Origin: Chloroflexota bacterium
GTDB taxonomy: Bacteria > Chloroflexota > Dehalococcoidia > CAUJGQ01
NCBI GenBank assembly: GCA_963170165.1
Contig: CAUJGQ010000096.1
Location: 2,243 to 66,242 of the forward strand
Length of the DNA stretch: 64,000 nt
Direction: 5' to 3'
Each line of letters opens with the position of its first letter. The stretch's first letter is position 1. Below the pieces are notes generated by a model. It searched no databases. It was not told the origin of the DNA and saw only the letters and a program-made list of their open reading frames with translations. The translations under genes were made by a program, and so were the position numbers. This document shows positions 10,037 to 19,847 of the stretch, piece by piece.

Positions 10037-11221
10037 ATGCCGCCGCTGCCTCTGTCCGGAATCCGCGTGCTCGCCCTGGAGCAGGCCGTTGCCGCTCCGC
10101 TTTGCACCCGCCACCTGGCCGACCTGGGCGCTGATGTGATCAAGGTAGAGCGGCCGGACGGTGGCGACTTCGCCCGCGGCTATGACTCGGCGGTGCTCGG
10201 CCTGTCCTCCTGGTGGATCGCCCTTAACGGTGGCAAGCGCTCCATCGCCATCAACCTCAAGGAAGAGCGCGGCCGTCAGATCGTGCGCGACCTGGCAGGG
10301 CAGGCCGCGGTCGTCGTCCAGAACTTCGCGCCGGGGGCGATGGAGCGTCTGGGGCTGGGAGTCGACCAGCTGCGCGCGCGTCACCCATCGCTGATCGCCT
10401 GCGCCATCAGCGGCTACGGCAGCGAAGGCGCGTACGCCGGCCGCAAGGCCTACGATGCCATCCTCCAGGGGGAGACCGGCGTCATCGCCATCACCGGCAC
10501 ACCAGAGCAGCCGGCCAAGTGTGGCGTCTCCATCGTCGATATGGCCACCGGCGTCTACGCCTTCTCCTCGATCCTGGCCGCGCTCTATCAACGCGCGCAG
10601 AGCGGCGAAGGCGCCACCATCCGCACCACGCTCTTCGACTCCGTGGCCGAGTGGATGAATCCCGCGGTGCTCATCTCGCGCGCCGGCCGCCCGCCGCAAC
10701 GGGTGGGGGACCGCCACGCCTCAATCGTGCCCTACGGGCCGTACCAGTGCGGCGGCGGCCGGCGTGTCTTTCTCGCCATTCAAAACGAGCGTGAGTGGCC
10801 GCGGCTGTGCGCCGGGCTGCTGCAACGCCCGGAGCTGGCGGACGACCCGCGATTCCGCAGCAACGAGGCGCGGTTGCTGCATCGTGACGTGCTCGAGCCA
10901 CTGATCGAGGCGATCCTTATCGACGTGCCGCTGGAGGAGTGTGAGGCGCGGCTTGAGGCCGCTGACATCGCCTACGGCCGCGCCAACGAGCCAGCCGCGC
11001 TGCTGGAGCACCCGCACGTGCTGGCCAACGACCGCCTGCGCACCGCCCGCACACCAGCCGGCGCCGTGACGATGCTCAAGCCGCCATTCAACGTGGACGG
11101 CTGGCCCGCGGATGATGTCTCCATCCCTGGCCTGGGGGAGCACACCAATGCCGTGCTGGGCGAACTCGGTTACGACGCGTCCACCATCGCCGCGCTGCAC
11201 GCCACCGGTGTGGTGGCTTGA
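10037..11221 (+). CDS. CoA transferase, family III (CaiB/BaiF/formyl-CoA transferase-like)
   Basis: N-terminal LSGIRVLALEQAVAAPLCTRHLADLGADVIKVERPDGGDFARGYD is the family III signature. AGGAG RBS. Confidence 0.85.
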   Translation: MPPLPLSGIRVLALEQAVAAPLCTRHLADLGADVIKVERPDGGDFARGYDSAVLGLSSWWIALNGGKRSIAINLKEERGRQIVRDLAGQAAVVVQNFAPGAMERLGLGVDQLRARHPSLIACAISGYGSEGAYAGRKAYDAILQGETGVIAITGTPEQPAKCGVSIVDMATGVYAFSSILAALYQRAQSGEGATIRTTLFDSVAEWMNPAVLISRAGRPPQRVGDRHASIVPYGPYQCGGGRRVFLAIQNEREWPRLCAGLLQRPELADDPRFRSNEARLLHRDVLEPLIEAILIDVPLEECEARLEAADIAYGRANEPAALLEHPHVLANDRLRTARTPAGAVTMLKPPFNVDGWPADDVSIPGLGEHTNAVLGELGYDASTIAALHATGVVA

Positions 11222-11429
11222 GCCGGCGCCTGGCACCGGTCCCCGGCTGCGCCCCACTCGGGGCCATGGGGCAGCAGGCACACGTTGAATCCCAGCGCGC
11301 AACCAGGCGGAAAGCTGCGGAACCGACACTCAGCACTCGATACCCGTAGCAGGAAGGATGCTGCCATCGTGTGGCAGGCAAGCGGCGGGGGGTGATACGG
11401 TGCCAGAACAGCGGGCGGGGACCGGATTG

Positions 11430-11849
11430 ATGGATCAACGGTACGCCGGGCAGAGCGTCACCCCACGTGCCCAGCGCATCGACAAGCCGTGGGGTTGGGA
11501 GATCCTGTGGGCGGAGACGCCCCACTACTGCGCCAAGATCCTGCACCTCAACGCGGGCAAGCGCATCAGCCTCCAGTACCACGACCAGAAGCTCGAGTCG
11601 CAGTGTCTGATCAGCGGCCGCTGCCTGCTGCTGATCGAGGACAGCGCAGGCACGCTGCGCGAGATCGAAATGCAGCGCGGCCACGGCTACACCATCAGCC
11701 CGTTTCAGCGTCACCGCCTGATCGCGATCACCGATTGCGAAGTGGTGGAAGCATCCACGCCGGAGACCGGCATCACCTACCGGCTGGAAGACGATTACGC
11801 CCGCCCGGACGAGACCGAAGATGTGCGCCGCCGGCCTGGGCGGGTGTGA
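11430..11849 (+). CDS. cupin domain protein (mannose-6-phosphate-isomerase-type cupin_2)
   Basis: KPWGWEILW cupin motif and the expected size. The start at ATG 11430 was chosen over the longer ORF. Confidence 0.6.
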   Translation: MDQRYAGQSVTPRAQRIDKPWGWEILWAETPHYCAKILHLNAGKRISLQYHDQKLESQCLISGRCLLLIEDSAGTLREIEMQRGHGYTISPFQRHRLIAITDCEVVEASTPETGITYRLEDDYARPDETEDVRRRPGRV

Positions 11850-11991
11850 GACGGCCGGCTGGTTCTGCTCCTCACGCCTCTGGCCGGCGGCCGTCCACGG
11901 CGCTGGACGCTAAGCGGCCGGTACGCCAAGCTTGCCGGCAGGCGGCTGTCCCGCTGACCCGCGCTGTTGCTGTCTTGCTGAGGAGCATCCC

Positions 11992-12783
11992 ATGCCCGAC
12001 GTGCTGTACGAGCGCCGGCGGCGGCTGGCGATCATCACCCTCAACCGGCCGGAGGCGCTCAACGCCCTCAACAGCGGTGTGCGCCAGGGGCTGTTTGACG
12101 CCTTCACCCGGTTCCGTGACGACCCCGACGCCTGGGTGGCGATTGTCACCGGCACCGGCGACCGCGCCTTCTCCGCCGGCGCCGACCTCAAGGAAATGAG
12201 CGCCGGCCGCCAGGCAGAACTAACCGGCGAGCGGGTGGACCCCTTCTGGGAGCCGGACCGTCCTGCGCTCAACCGCGGTCTACCTCTCTGGAAGCCGATC
12301 ATCGCTGCCATCAACGGCTACTGTCTGGCCGGCGGGCTGGAACTGGCGCTGTCCTGCGACATCCGCATCGCCGTCCCCCACGCCCGGTTCGGGCTAACCG
12401 AGGTACTGCGCGGCATCCTCCCCGGCGGCGGCGGCACCCAACGTCTGCCGCGCACTGTCCCCTTCGGCATCGCGCTGGAGCTGATGCTCACCGGCGCACA
12501 CATCGAGGCGGATGAGGCGTACCGCATCGGCCTTGTCAATCACATCGTTCCCGCCGAACGGCTGATGGCGGAGGCCGAAGCTCTGGCTGAGCGCATCTGC
12601 GCCAACGCCCCGCTCTCGACCCGCGCCATCAAAGAAGCCGCCTATCGTGGCATCGGCGTCACGCTGGACGAGGGCCTGCGCATCGAAGCGCTCCTCTCCC
12701 GCATCCTTCGCACGACTGAGGACTCGCGCGAGGGCCCGAAGGCGTTCGCCGAAAAACGCCCGGCGCAGTTCAAGGGCAGATAG
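11992..12783 (+). CDS. enoyl-CoA hydratase/isomerase (crotonase family)
   Basis: FSAGADLKE oxyanion motif and KPIIAAINGYCLAGGLELALSCDIRIA. GAGGAG RBS. Confidence 0.85.
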   Translation: MPDVLYERRRRLAIITLNRPEALNALNSGVRQGLFDAFTRFRDDPDAWVAIVTGTGDRAFSAGADLKEMSAGRQAELTGERVDPFWEPDRPALNRGLPLWKPIIAAINGYCLAGGLELALSCDIRIAVPHARFGLTEVLRGILPGGGGTQRLPRTVPFGIALELMLTGAHIEADEAYRIGLVNHIVPAERLMAEAEALAERICANAPLSTRAIKEAAYRGIGVTLDEGLRIEALLSRILRTTEDSREGPKAFAEKRPAQFKGR

Positions 12784-12912
12784 GCGGCATCCGGCTTCCA
12801 GGAGTCACGCACTTCGTGGAGGTCTGGCCATCGGGGGACAGCCGGCGGGACGCGCCATACGCCCCGCTCTCTCCGGATGCCGGATGTCTGTCACCAGCTG
12901 CGGAGCACGACG

Positions 12913-13419
12913 ATGAATGCCTATTCGGCGATTGTGACCAAGCGCGACACGCGGGCCTTTGCGCCGCGGCCGGTGCCCGATGAGGTCCTGCGGCGCATCC
13001 TGCAAGCAGGACGGATGGCAGGAAGCAGCAAGAACACACAGCCCTGCCGGTTTGTGGTGCTGCGTTCCCCCGAACGGCGGGCGGCGCTGGCGGCCTGTGG
13101 CGACTTCGCCAAGCACATGCCCGATGCGCCACTGTGTATCGCTGTGGTGCTCACCCCCGGTGGCGGGGCGTTTGACGCCGGACGCGCCGCCCAGAACATG
13201 ATGGTGGCCGCCTGGGCCGAGGGCGTCACCTCCTGTCCCACGTCCATGCACCACCCCGCCTGCGCCCGCGAGACGCTCAGCCTGCCGGCGGACCACCACG
13301 TAGCGATCGTCCTGGCAATGGGCTACCCCGCTGCCACCGGCAACGATCGCCCCGGCCGCGCCCGCCTTCCGCTGGACGGCTACGTCCACTGGGAACAGTG
13401 GGACGGCAGGCGGGAGTAA
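12913..13419 (+). CDS. nitroreductase family protein
   Basis: 168 aa with nitroreductase-fold motifs (RRILQAGRMAGSSKNTQPCRFVV). Confidence 0.7.
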   Translation: MNAYSAIVTKRDTRAFAPRPVPDEVLRRILQAGRMAGSSKNTQPCRFVVLRSPERRAALAACGDFAKHMPDAPLCIAVVLTPGGGAFDAGRAAQNMMVAAWAEGVTSCPTSMHHPACARETLSLPADHHVAIVLAMGYPAATGNDRPGRARLPLDGYVHWEQWDGRRE

Positions 13420-13619
13420 CTCTCGTCCGGCCAATCTCGCGATGCCGGTCCCACGCCCGCTTGGCTGCGGGCCGAGCCGGGCGCCCGACGGCGGACCGGG
13501 TCCGATGGCGCGCTCGCGAGCGGCTGGCAGGCCATTGCGCAGAACATGCGCCGCGCCGGCGAGGCGGCCGTCTGGCCACCACTCCGGCGCGGCGCGCGTG
13601 CTCTGTAGGCGGTCGCGGG

Positions 13620-15905
13620 CTACCACACGGCCGGGACTGCGGCCGCGCTGTCGTGCGGCTCGCCGGCCGTGTGGGCGGCGCGCGGCGTGCCTTCGATGTG
13701 GATCTTCGGCAGCCACTCCAGCCAGCGGGGGAAGTACCAGTTCCAGCCGCCCAGCAGCTCCATGCTCGCCGGCACCAGCACCATGCGGATGATGGTGGCA
13801 TCGAGAATGACGGCCACCGCCAGCCCCAGCCCGGCCTGCTGGAAGACCACCAGGTCACCGGAGGCCATCCCGGCGAAGACCGCGACCATGATCAGCGCAG
13901 CTCCGGTGATGATGCTGGCCGTGCTGCGCAGGCCGCTGGCCACCGCCGCCGTGTTGTCCCCCGTCTCATCAAAGTGCTCCTTGATGCGGCTGAGCAGGAA
14001 GACGTGATAGTCCATCGACAGGCCGAACAAGATGGCGAACAGGAACAGCGGCAGCCACGACTCGATCACCGGCGCTTCCTGCAGGCCGAGCAGGTCCGTC
14101 CCGATGCCTTTCTGGAACACCAGCACCAGCACGCCATACGCGGCGCCGACAGATAGCAGGTTCAAGCCCACCGCTTTGAGCGGCACGACGAGGGAGCGGA
14201 ACACCACCAGCAACAGCAGGAAACTGAACCCCAGCACAAAGCCGAACACCCACGGCAGATAGTCGCGCTGCATCTGGACCGAGTCCACCGTCTCCGCCGC
14301 CGGGCCACCAACCAGCACCTCGGCCGCGATGCCGTCAAAGGCAGTAGGGATGTAGCCACCGCGCAGCCGTGCGAGTGCGGCACGAGACTCGGCGCTGGAG
14401 AAGTCACCAGGCATCGCCACGGTCAGCAGTGCCAGGTCGCCGGTGGCGTTCATCTCCAGCTTCACGTCTCCGAAGAAGCCGTCTGACTCCAGTGCGCCAG
14501 TCAGCCGGGCAATGGCGTCCTGAACGGCGGGGTCGTTCACTTGCTGCGCATCGACAACGACATCGGCGGTCAGCACGCCGCTGGAGAACTCCCGGTTGAG
14601 CACGGCGAAGGCGTGGCGGCTGTCGCTGTCCTCGGGCAACGAGCTGATACCGACGCTGCCGAGCTTGATGTCGAGCACCGGCAGCGCCGCGGCCACCAGC
14701 AGGGCACCGGTGGCGACCACGCTGACCACGGGCCGGGCCGTTACCGCCCGGGCGATGCCATCCCACAGCCCGCCGGTGGCGCGGGCCTGCCGCCGGCGGC
14801 CCAGGCGCGGCAGCGACAGCCAGTTGACACGGTCTCCCAGCAGTCCTAGCACAGCTGGGAGCAACGTCATCGCCGCCACCACCGTCGCCGTCACTACCAG
14901 CGTCGCACCGGCGGCGAAACTGCGGAAGGTGGCGTCGGGCATGATCAGCATCCCGCCGAGCGAGATCGCCACTGCCATCCCCGAGAAAGCGACCGTGTGC
15001 CCGGCGGTCGCGCCGGCGGTGGCGACGGCGTCCACCTTGTCGCGGCCGTTGCGGCGCTCCTCGCGAAAGCGCTGGACGAAGAACAACGAGTAGTCGATGC
15101 CAACCGCCAGGCCGATCATCGTCATGATGAAGACGACGAAGGAGGACATCTCCATCACGTTGCTGGCCAGCGCCGTCGCGCCGGTCGCCACGAAGATCGA
15201 CAGCAGCGCGAGCAGAATCGGCAGCCCGGCCGCCACGGCCGCACCGAAAGCGACCAGCAAAATGACGAGCGCCACCACCAGCCCGATCAACTCGCCCTGC
15301 TGCATCGTCTCCGCCAGCAACGTGGACATCTCGCCCTCGACACTGCCGAAGCCGACGGTCGTGACCCGGAACGAACCGGTGTTCGCCGCTTTGACCAGGT
15401 CAACAACTGGGGCGGCGGTATCTGCGGCGTCCGCTTCATCGCCCGAGAGCGTCACCAGGATGAGGGCGGTGTGACCGTCCTGGGAGACCAGGCCCTGGGC
15501 GCCGTCCCGGTAGCTGGCGACGGACGCCACATCCGGTAACGCGCGCAGGTCGGTCGCGAGCGCATCGACGAAGGCCGCAAACGCCACATCATCGGCGGTG
15601 GTAGCCGCGGACTCGACGACGATGTACTCCTCTGGCGGGGTCTGGGGGTGCATGCGCTGCTCAATCAGGTTCTTGGCTCGCGTCGCTTCGGTGCCGGCAG
15701 TGCTGGGGCTGGCCGTCAGGTGCATCGTCCCAGCGGCAAAGTAGGCCAGTGCCAGCAGCACCACCCATAGGCCCAACACACGCCAGGGATGACGCGCCGC
15801 CGCGCCGGCCAGCCGGCCGGTCAGCGGCATCCGCCGGCCAGCCCGCGCCGGGCCGTGCCCCGTTCCTACAATCTGATGCCGCTTGCCCGCATGCGGATCT
15901 GCCAT
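13620..15905 (-). CDS. MMPL family (RND superfamily) transporter
   Basis: About 760 aa with two 6-transmembrane bundles separated by soluble domains and the MMPL-typical GLxxDYxxF motif (GLAVGIDYSLFFVQRF). Start assigned to the ATG at 15905 just before the first transmembrane helix. Confidence 0.75.
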   Translation of the reverse strand: MADPHAGKRHQIVGTGHGPARAGRRMPLTGRLAGAAARHPWRVLGLWVVLLALAYFAAGTMHLTASPSTAGTEATRAKNLIEQRMHPQTPPEEYIVVESAATTADDVAFAAFVDALATDLRALPDVASVASYRDGAQGLVSQDGHTALILVTLSGDEADAADTAAPVVDLVKAANTGSFRVTTVGFGSVEGEMSTLLAETMQQGELIGLVVALVILLVAFGAAVAAGLPILLALLSIFVATGATALASNVMEMSSFVVFIMTMIGLAVGIDYSLFFVQRFREERRNGRDKVDAVATAGATAGHTVAFSGMAVAISLGGMLIMPDATFRSFAAGATLVVTATVVAAMTLLPAVLGLLGDRVNWLSLPRLGRRRQARATGGLWDGIARAVTARPVVSVVATGALLVAAALPVLDIKLGSVGISSLPEDSDSRHAFAVLNREFSSGVLTADVVVDAQQVNDPAVQDAIARLTGALESDGFFGDVKLEMNATGDLALLTVAMPGDFSSAESRAALARLRGGYIPTAFDGIAAEVLVGGPAAETVDSVQMQRDYLPWVFGFVLGFSFLLLLVVFRSLVVPLKAVGLNLLSVGAAYGVLVLVFQKGIGTDLLGLQEAPVIESWLPLFLFAILFGLSMDYHVFLLSRIKEHFDETGDNTAAVASGLRSTASIITGAALIMVAVFAGMASGDLVVFQQAGLGLAVAVILDATIIRMVLVPASMELLGGWNWYFPRWLEWLPKIHIEGTPRAAHTAGEPHDSAAAVPAVW

Positions 15906-16059
15906 GACCGTGCTCCTCTGGTGTGATGCGGGTACTGTCTCGCCTCTGCGCGGCGGAATCGTCGCCACTGCGCCGGATACCGGCTCGTCATCCGGGACGA
16001 TTTCGGTGTCGTTCGCGAGGATGACGGCGGCCACGGCGCCAATGCCGTACGCTCCGCAC

Positions 16060-17217
16060 ATGCAGCGAATTACCTCCATGGCGCGCGGATACTGGTTGGA
16101 GGTCGCCGCGGTGATCGTGGCCCTGCTCAGCGCCACTGAGGTCGCGCTGAGGCAGGATGCAGCGAATGCAACGCGGCTCAGCCCGTGGTTCGCCGTGCCG
16201 GCGGTCGCGCTGATGGTGCTGGTCCTGCTCGGGCGGCGGCGATGGCCGTTCGCGGCGCCGGCGGCGGTGTGGGTGCTGGCCGCCGCGTTGTCGTTTGTCG
16301 ATGGCCGGTTGGTGGTCTTCAGCGCGGCTGCCTCGGTCGCCGGTCTGGCCGCGGCGTTCCTGCTCGGCATGCTGCCGGATGACACGCACGCGCGCATCGG
16401 CCTGCTCCTGGTGTTCGGCGGCGCGGCGATTGTGGTCGCCAACGCGCCGAACAGCGACGCTGGCGACTATCTCTTTCTTCCGGTCATGTTCGTGATGCCA
16501 TGGCTGGGCGGACTGGCGCTCCAGCAGCGCAACACCCGCATCGACGCAGCTGAGTTGCGCGCTGCGCGGCTTGCCCGCGGTCGGGAAGAGGCGACCCAGC
16601 AGGCCATCGCCGGCGAGCGACGACGCATCGCGCGGGAACTGCACGACGTCCTCGGCCACAGTGTCAGCGTGATGACGATTCAGGCCGCGGCCGTGCGCCG
16701 GCGGCTCTCGCCGGAGCAGACCAAGGAGCAGGAGGCCCTGCTTGCGGTCGAACAGACCGGCCGGGAGGCGCTGACGGAGATGCGCCGGCTCGTCGGCCTG
16801 CTGCGCCTGGCCGGCGACACCCCCGAGCTGGAACCGCAGCCGGGTCTGGGGCAGCTGGAGAAACTGACGCATCAGGCGCGTGACGCCGGGCTGGAGGTTG
16901 ACGTGCGGGTAGAGGGGCAGCGGGTGTCACTGCCGCCGGGCCTCGATCTGACCGCCTACCGGCTGGTGCAGGAGGGGTTGACGAATGCACGCAAACACGG
17001 TGCTGCCCGCCGCGCCGAGGTGCTGCTGCGGTACGATCCGGACGCCATCGAGATCGCGGTGTGCGACGACGGGCGGGGCGCCATGGCCGGGCATGCAGAC
17101 GGCTACGGGCTGATCGGCCTGCGCGAGCGGGTGTCCATCTATGGTGGTGAGCTTGAGGCAGGTCCGCGGATCGGTGGCGGCTACCGGCTGCGGGCACGCC
17201 TGCCGGTGTCATCATGA
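16060..17217 (+). CDS. sensor histidine kinase, HisKA_3 (NarX/DesK/LiaS type)
   Basis: Transmembrane N-terminal half. H-box RIARELHDVLGHSVSVM and HATPase_c motifs (EGLTNARKHG, DDGRG, GYGLIGLRER). The start could be 16060 or 16078. Confidence 0.75.
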   Translation: MQRITSMARGYWLEVAAVIVALLSATEVALRQDAANATRLSPWFAVPAVALMVLVLLGRRRWPFAAPAAVWVLAAALSFVDGRLVVFSAAASVAGLAAAFLLGMLPDDTHARIGLLLVFGGAAIVVANAPNSDAGDYLFLPVMFVMPWLGGLALQQRNTRIDAAELRAARLARGREEATQQAIAGERRRIARELHDVLGHSVSVMTIQAAAVRRRLSPEQTKEQEALLAVEQTGREALTEMRRLVGLLRLAGDTPELEPQPGLGQLEKLTHQARDAGLEVDVRVEGQRVSLPPGLDLTAYRLVQEGLTNARKHGAARRAEVLLRYDPDAIEIAVCDDGRGAMAGHADGYGLIGLRERVSIYGGELEAGPRIGGGYRLRARLPVSS

Positions 17218-17885
17218 GCGCGATTCGGGTGCTGGTGGTCGATGATCAGGCGCTGGTGCGCGCCGGCTTCCGCATGATCTTGGAGGCGGAGCCGGAGCTC
17301 GAGGTCGCCGGCGAGGCGGCAGACGGTGTCGAAGCGATTGCCGCCGTCCAGCGCCTGCGGCCCGATGTCGTGCTGATGGATGTGCGGATGCCCAACCTCG
17401 ATGGCATCACCGCCACCCGCCGCATCCTCGAAGGTGGCAGCGCCACGAGGGTGCTGATGCTCACCACTTTTGACCTGGATGAGTACGTGTACGAGGCGCT
17501 GCGCGCCGGCGCGAGCGGTTTCCTGCTCAAGGATGTGCCGCCGGAACGGCTGATCGCCGGCATCCGCGCGGTGGCTGCCGGCGAGTCACTCCTGGCGCCA
17601 TCGGTGACGCGCCGGCTGATCGAGGCGTACGTACGCCGGCAGCCTTCGCGCACGCTGCCGGCCGGCATCGAGGACCTTACGGCACGCGAGCGCGAGGTGC
17701 TGACGCTGATGGCGCGCGGCCTCTCTAACGCCGAGATCGCCGAAGCCTTTGTCGTGAGCGAAACGACCGTCAAGACCCACGTGGCCCGCGTGCTGGCCAA
17801 GCTTGGACTCCGAGACCGCGTGCAGGCGGTCGTATTCGCCTATGAATACGGGCTGATCCAGCCGGGAGAACGCACGAGCGGCTGA
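17214..17885 (+). CDS. response regulator, NarL/FixJ (LuxR-HTH) family
   Basis: Receiver domain (VLVVDDQ, MDVRMP) plus C-terminal LuxR HTH (LTAREREVLTLMARGLSNAEIAEAFVVSETTVKTH). 4-nt overlap with the kinase gene. Confidence 0.9.
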   Translation: MSAIRVLVVDDQALVRAGFRMILEAEPELEVAGEAADGVEAIAAVQRLRPDVVLMDVRMPNLDGITATRRILEGGSATRVLMLTTFDLDEYVYEALRAGASGFLLKDVPPERLIAGIRAVAAGESLLAPSVTRRLIEAYVRRQPSRTLPAGIEDLTAREREVLTLMARGLSNAEIAEAFVVSETTVKTHVARVLAKLGLRDRVQAVVFAYEYGLIQPGERTSG

Positions 17886-18392
17886 CGGCCCAACTCGTGA
17901 TGCCGGTTCGGGATGTGCAAACTGCCCGTCAGGGCGGGCACGGGCATGACGAGTTCGGTACGGTGGCCGGTCACCACAAGGCTGGGGGCGTTCGGATTCT
18001 GGCGCAGCGTCACCGGCCACAAGCAGGCAGGGATGAGCGGCAGCATCACCGAGAGCCGGTCGGAGAGACCCACGCCCAGCACTCAGCAGGGGAGTGCTCT
18101 CAGAGCGGAGGTCAAGTGCCTACGGCTGGGTTCTGACCTTCCTCCGGTCCCGACAAGACGGCCGGTATGCGGGCGGGCCAATGCTCCCGTCGTGGATCGC
18201 GGGAGCCGGAGCCGCGCCCCCCGCCTGCCCGGCCGCAGCCGGCAGGCGCGCCGGGACACACGAGACCGGCCGGCCGGCGCCCCACGTGGGTGGCCTCCTC
18301 AGCGCAGGCGCCTCTGCCCGGGTGAGCAGTAGGGTCACGGCGAGCACCAGACGGCCAGCGGCGCTGCCTAACCAGCACCCACGCGAGCAGGA

Positions 18393-19721
18393 GTGCAATA
18401 CCGCGGCCTCGCGGGGGGCATCACCCTGCCACGTTGCGCCGTTCGCCGTTACACTGCCCGCGTGGCGAGCACTCCTGCACGAACGACCAGCGCACCCGCG
18501 GATGCGCCCCCGCCAGGCGGGACGTTTGCGGCGCTGCGCGTGCCGTACTATCCCCGGCTGTGGCTGTCTGGCTGGCTGTGGAACATGACCCGGTGGATGT
18601 CGGTGTTCCTGTGCAGCTACCTGATCAACGCATTCACCGGCTCTCCCCTCCTTGTCCAGCTGGCCGGCACGGCCTTCTTCGCACCGATGTTCTTCGGCGG
18701 TGTGCTGGGCGGGGTCATCTCCGACCGCTTTGACCGGCGGCGGACCATCATGCACCAACTGGCGGTGCTCACGCCGGTGGCAGCACTTATGGGTTGGCTG
18801 GTGCTGTCCGGCGCCGTGCGCGTGTGGATGATCTACCCGTTTATGCTCGCCATCGGCATGGGTGGGGTGCTGGATATGACCAGCCGCCGGGCGCTGCTGT
18901 ATGACCTGGTGGGCCCGGTTCGCATCACCAACGCCATGGCGCTGGAGTCGATGGCGCAGACCGGCGGCACGATGCTCGGCACGTTGATCGGCGGCACGAT
19001 GATCAACTTCATCGGCCTGGGACAGGCCTTCATGCTGATCGCCATCGCCTATGCCGCCGCCTGGCTGGCGATGGCAGGGATGCCCTCCCCCGCGCGGGAG
19101 AGCGCACCACTGCGGGGCACATCCCTGCGGCGCGATGTGGCTGAAGGGCTGGCATACGTCCGCCGCACGCCGGCCATCGTTTCCATCCTCGGCGTGACGA
19201 TGCTCATGAACTTCTTCTTCTTTTCGTACATGCCGATGGTGCCGGTCTTCGCCGAACGGCTGGGAGTCAACGCCTTTTGGGCGGGGGTGCTGGGCAGCGC
19301 CACTGGAGCCGGCTCGATCTGCGGCGCCTTTGTGATCGCGGCGCACGTACCACACCGCGCCGCGCGTGGACTGGTGTACACCGCCGGCTCGGCCGTGGCG
19401 ATGGTATGCCTGCTGCTGTTCACCGCCGCGTCCTGGTACCCGCTGGCGCTACTGGCGCTGATCGCCGCGGGGTTCGGCCAGTCTGGCTTCGGGGCGTTGC
19501 AGGGGGCGCTGATCCTGACTGCTTCGTCGCCGGAGATGCGCGGCCGGGCAATGGGTATTCTCAGCATGGCCATCGGCGTGCTGCCCTTCGGCATGTTCCT
19601 GCTGGGTCTCGCCGCGCAGCGCGCCGGGCCCGCCGTCGCCGTCGCCGCCAGCACCACCCTTGGTCTGGCGCTGCTGCTGCTCTGGTGGCGGCGCCACCCG
19701 CTGCTCAGCTCGCTGCGCTAA
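18393..19721 (+). CDS. MFS transporter
   Basis: 12 predicted transmembrane helices with an MFS-like layout. The start is uncertain because no convincing RBS was seen. A GTG near 18541 is an alternative. Confidence 0.65.
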   Translation: MQYRGLAGGITLPRCAVRRYTARVASTPARTTSAPADAPPPGGTFAALRVPYYPRLWLSGWLWNMTRWMSVFLCSYLINAFTGSPLLVQLAGTAFFAPMFFGGVLGGVISDRFDRRRTIMHQLAVLTPVAALMGWLVLSGAVRVWMIYPFMLAIGMGGVLDMTSRRALLYDLVGPVRITNAMALESMAQTGGTMLGTLIGGTMINFIGLGQAFMLIAIAYAAAWLAMAGMPSPARESAPLRGTSLRRDVAEGLAYVRRTPAIVSILGVTMLMNFFFFSYMPMVPVFAERLGVNAFWAGVLGSATGAGSICGAFVIAAHVPHRAARGLVYTAGSAVAMVCLLLFTAASWYPLALLALIAAGFGQSGFGALQGALILTASSPEMRGRAMGILSMAIGVLPFGMFLLGLAAQRAGPAVAVAASTTLGLALLLLWWRRHPLLSSLR

Positions 19722-19847
19722 CCGGCCGCGCGTTGTCCCTACCAACCGGATCGGGCAGGATCAGGGCACGCTCCCGCCGCGCAGGGGATGCGGAGATGGG
19801 GACAGCGCGCGGCCGGCTCGTGATCGCAGCAGGAGGCACAGCGGGTC

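Noticed and set aside
10001-10717. 238-aa minus-strand ORF
   Set aside because: Antisense to the CoA-transferase gene.
15883-16059. N-terminal extension of the histidine-kinase ORF, reaching back to overlap the MMPL start
   Set aside because: It would overlap the divergent MMPL gene's 5' end. The kinase sensor domain begins with transmembrane helices after ATG 16060 or 16078.
18120-19355. 411-aa minus-strand ORF
   Set aside because: Antisense to the MFS transporter. Implausible His/Arg/Gly-rich composition.
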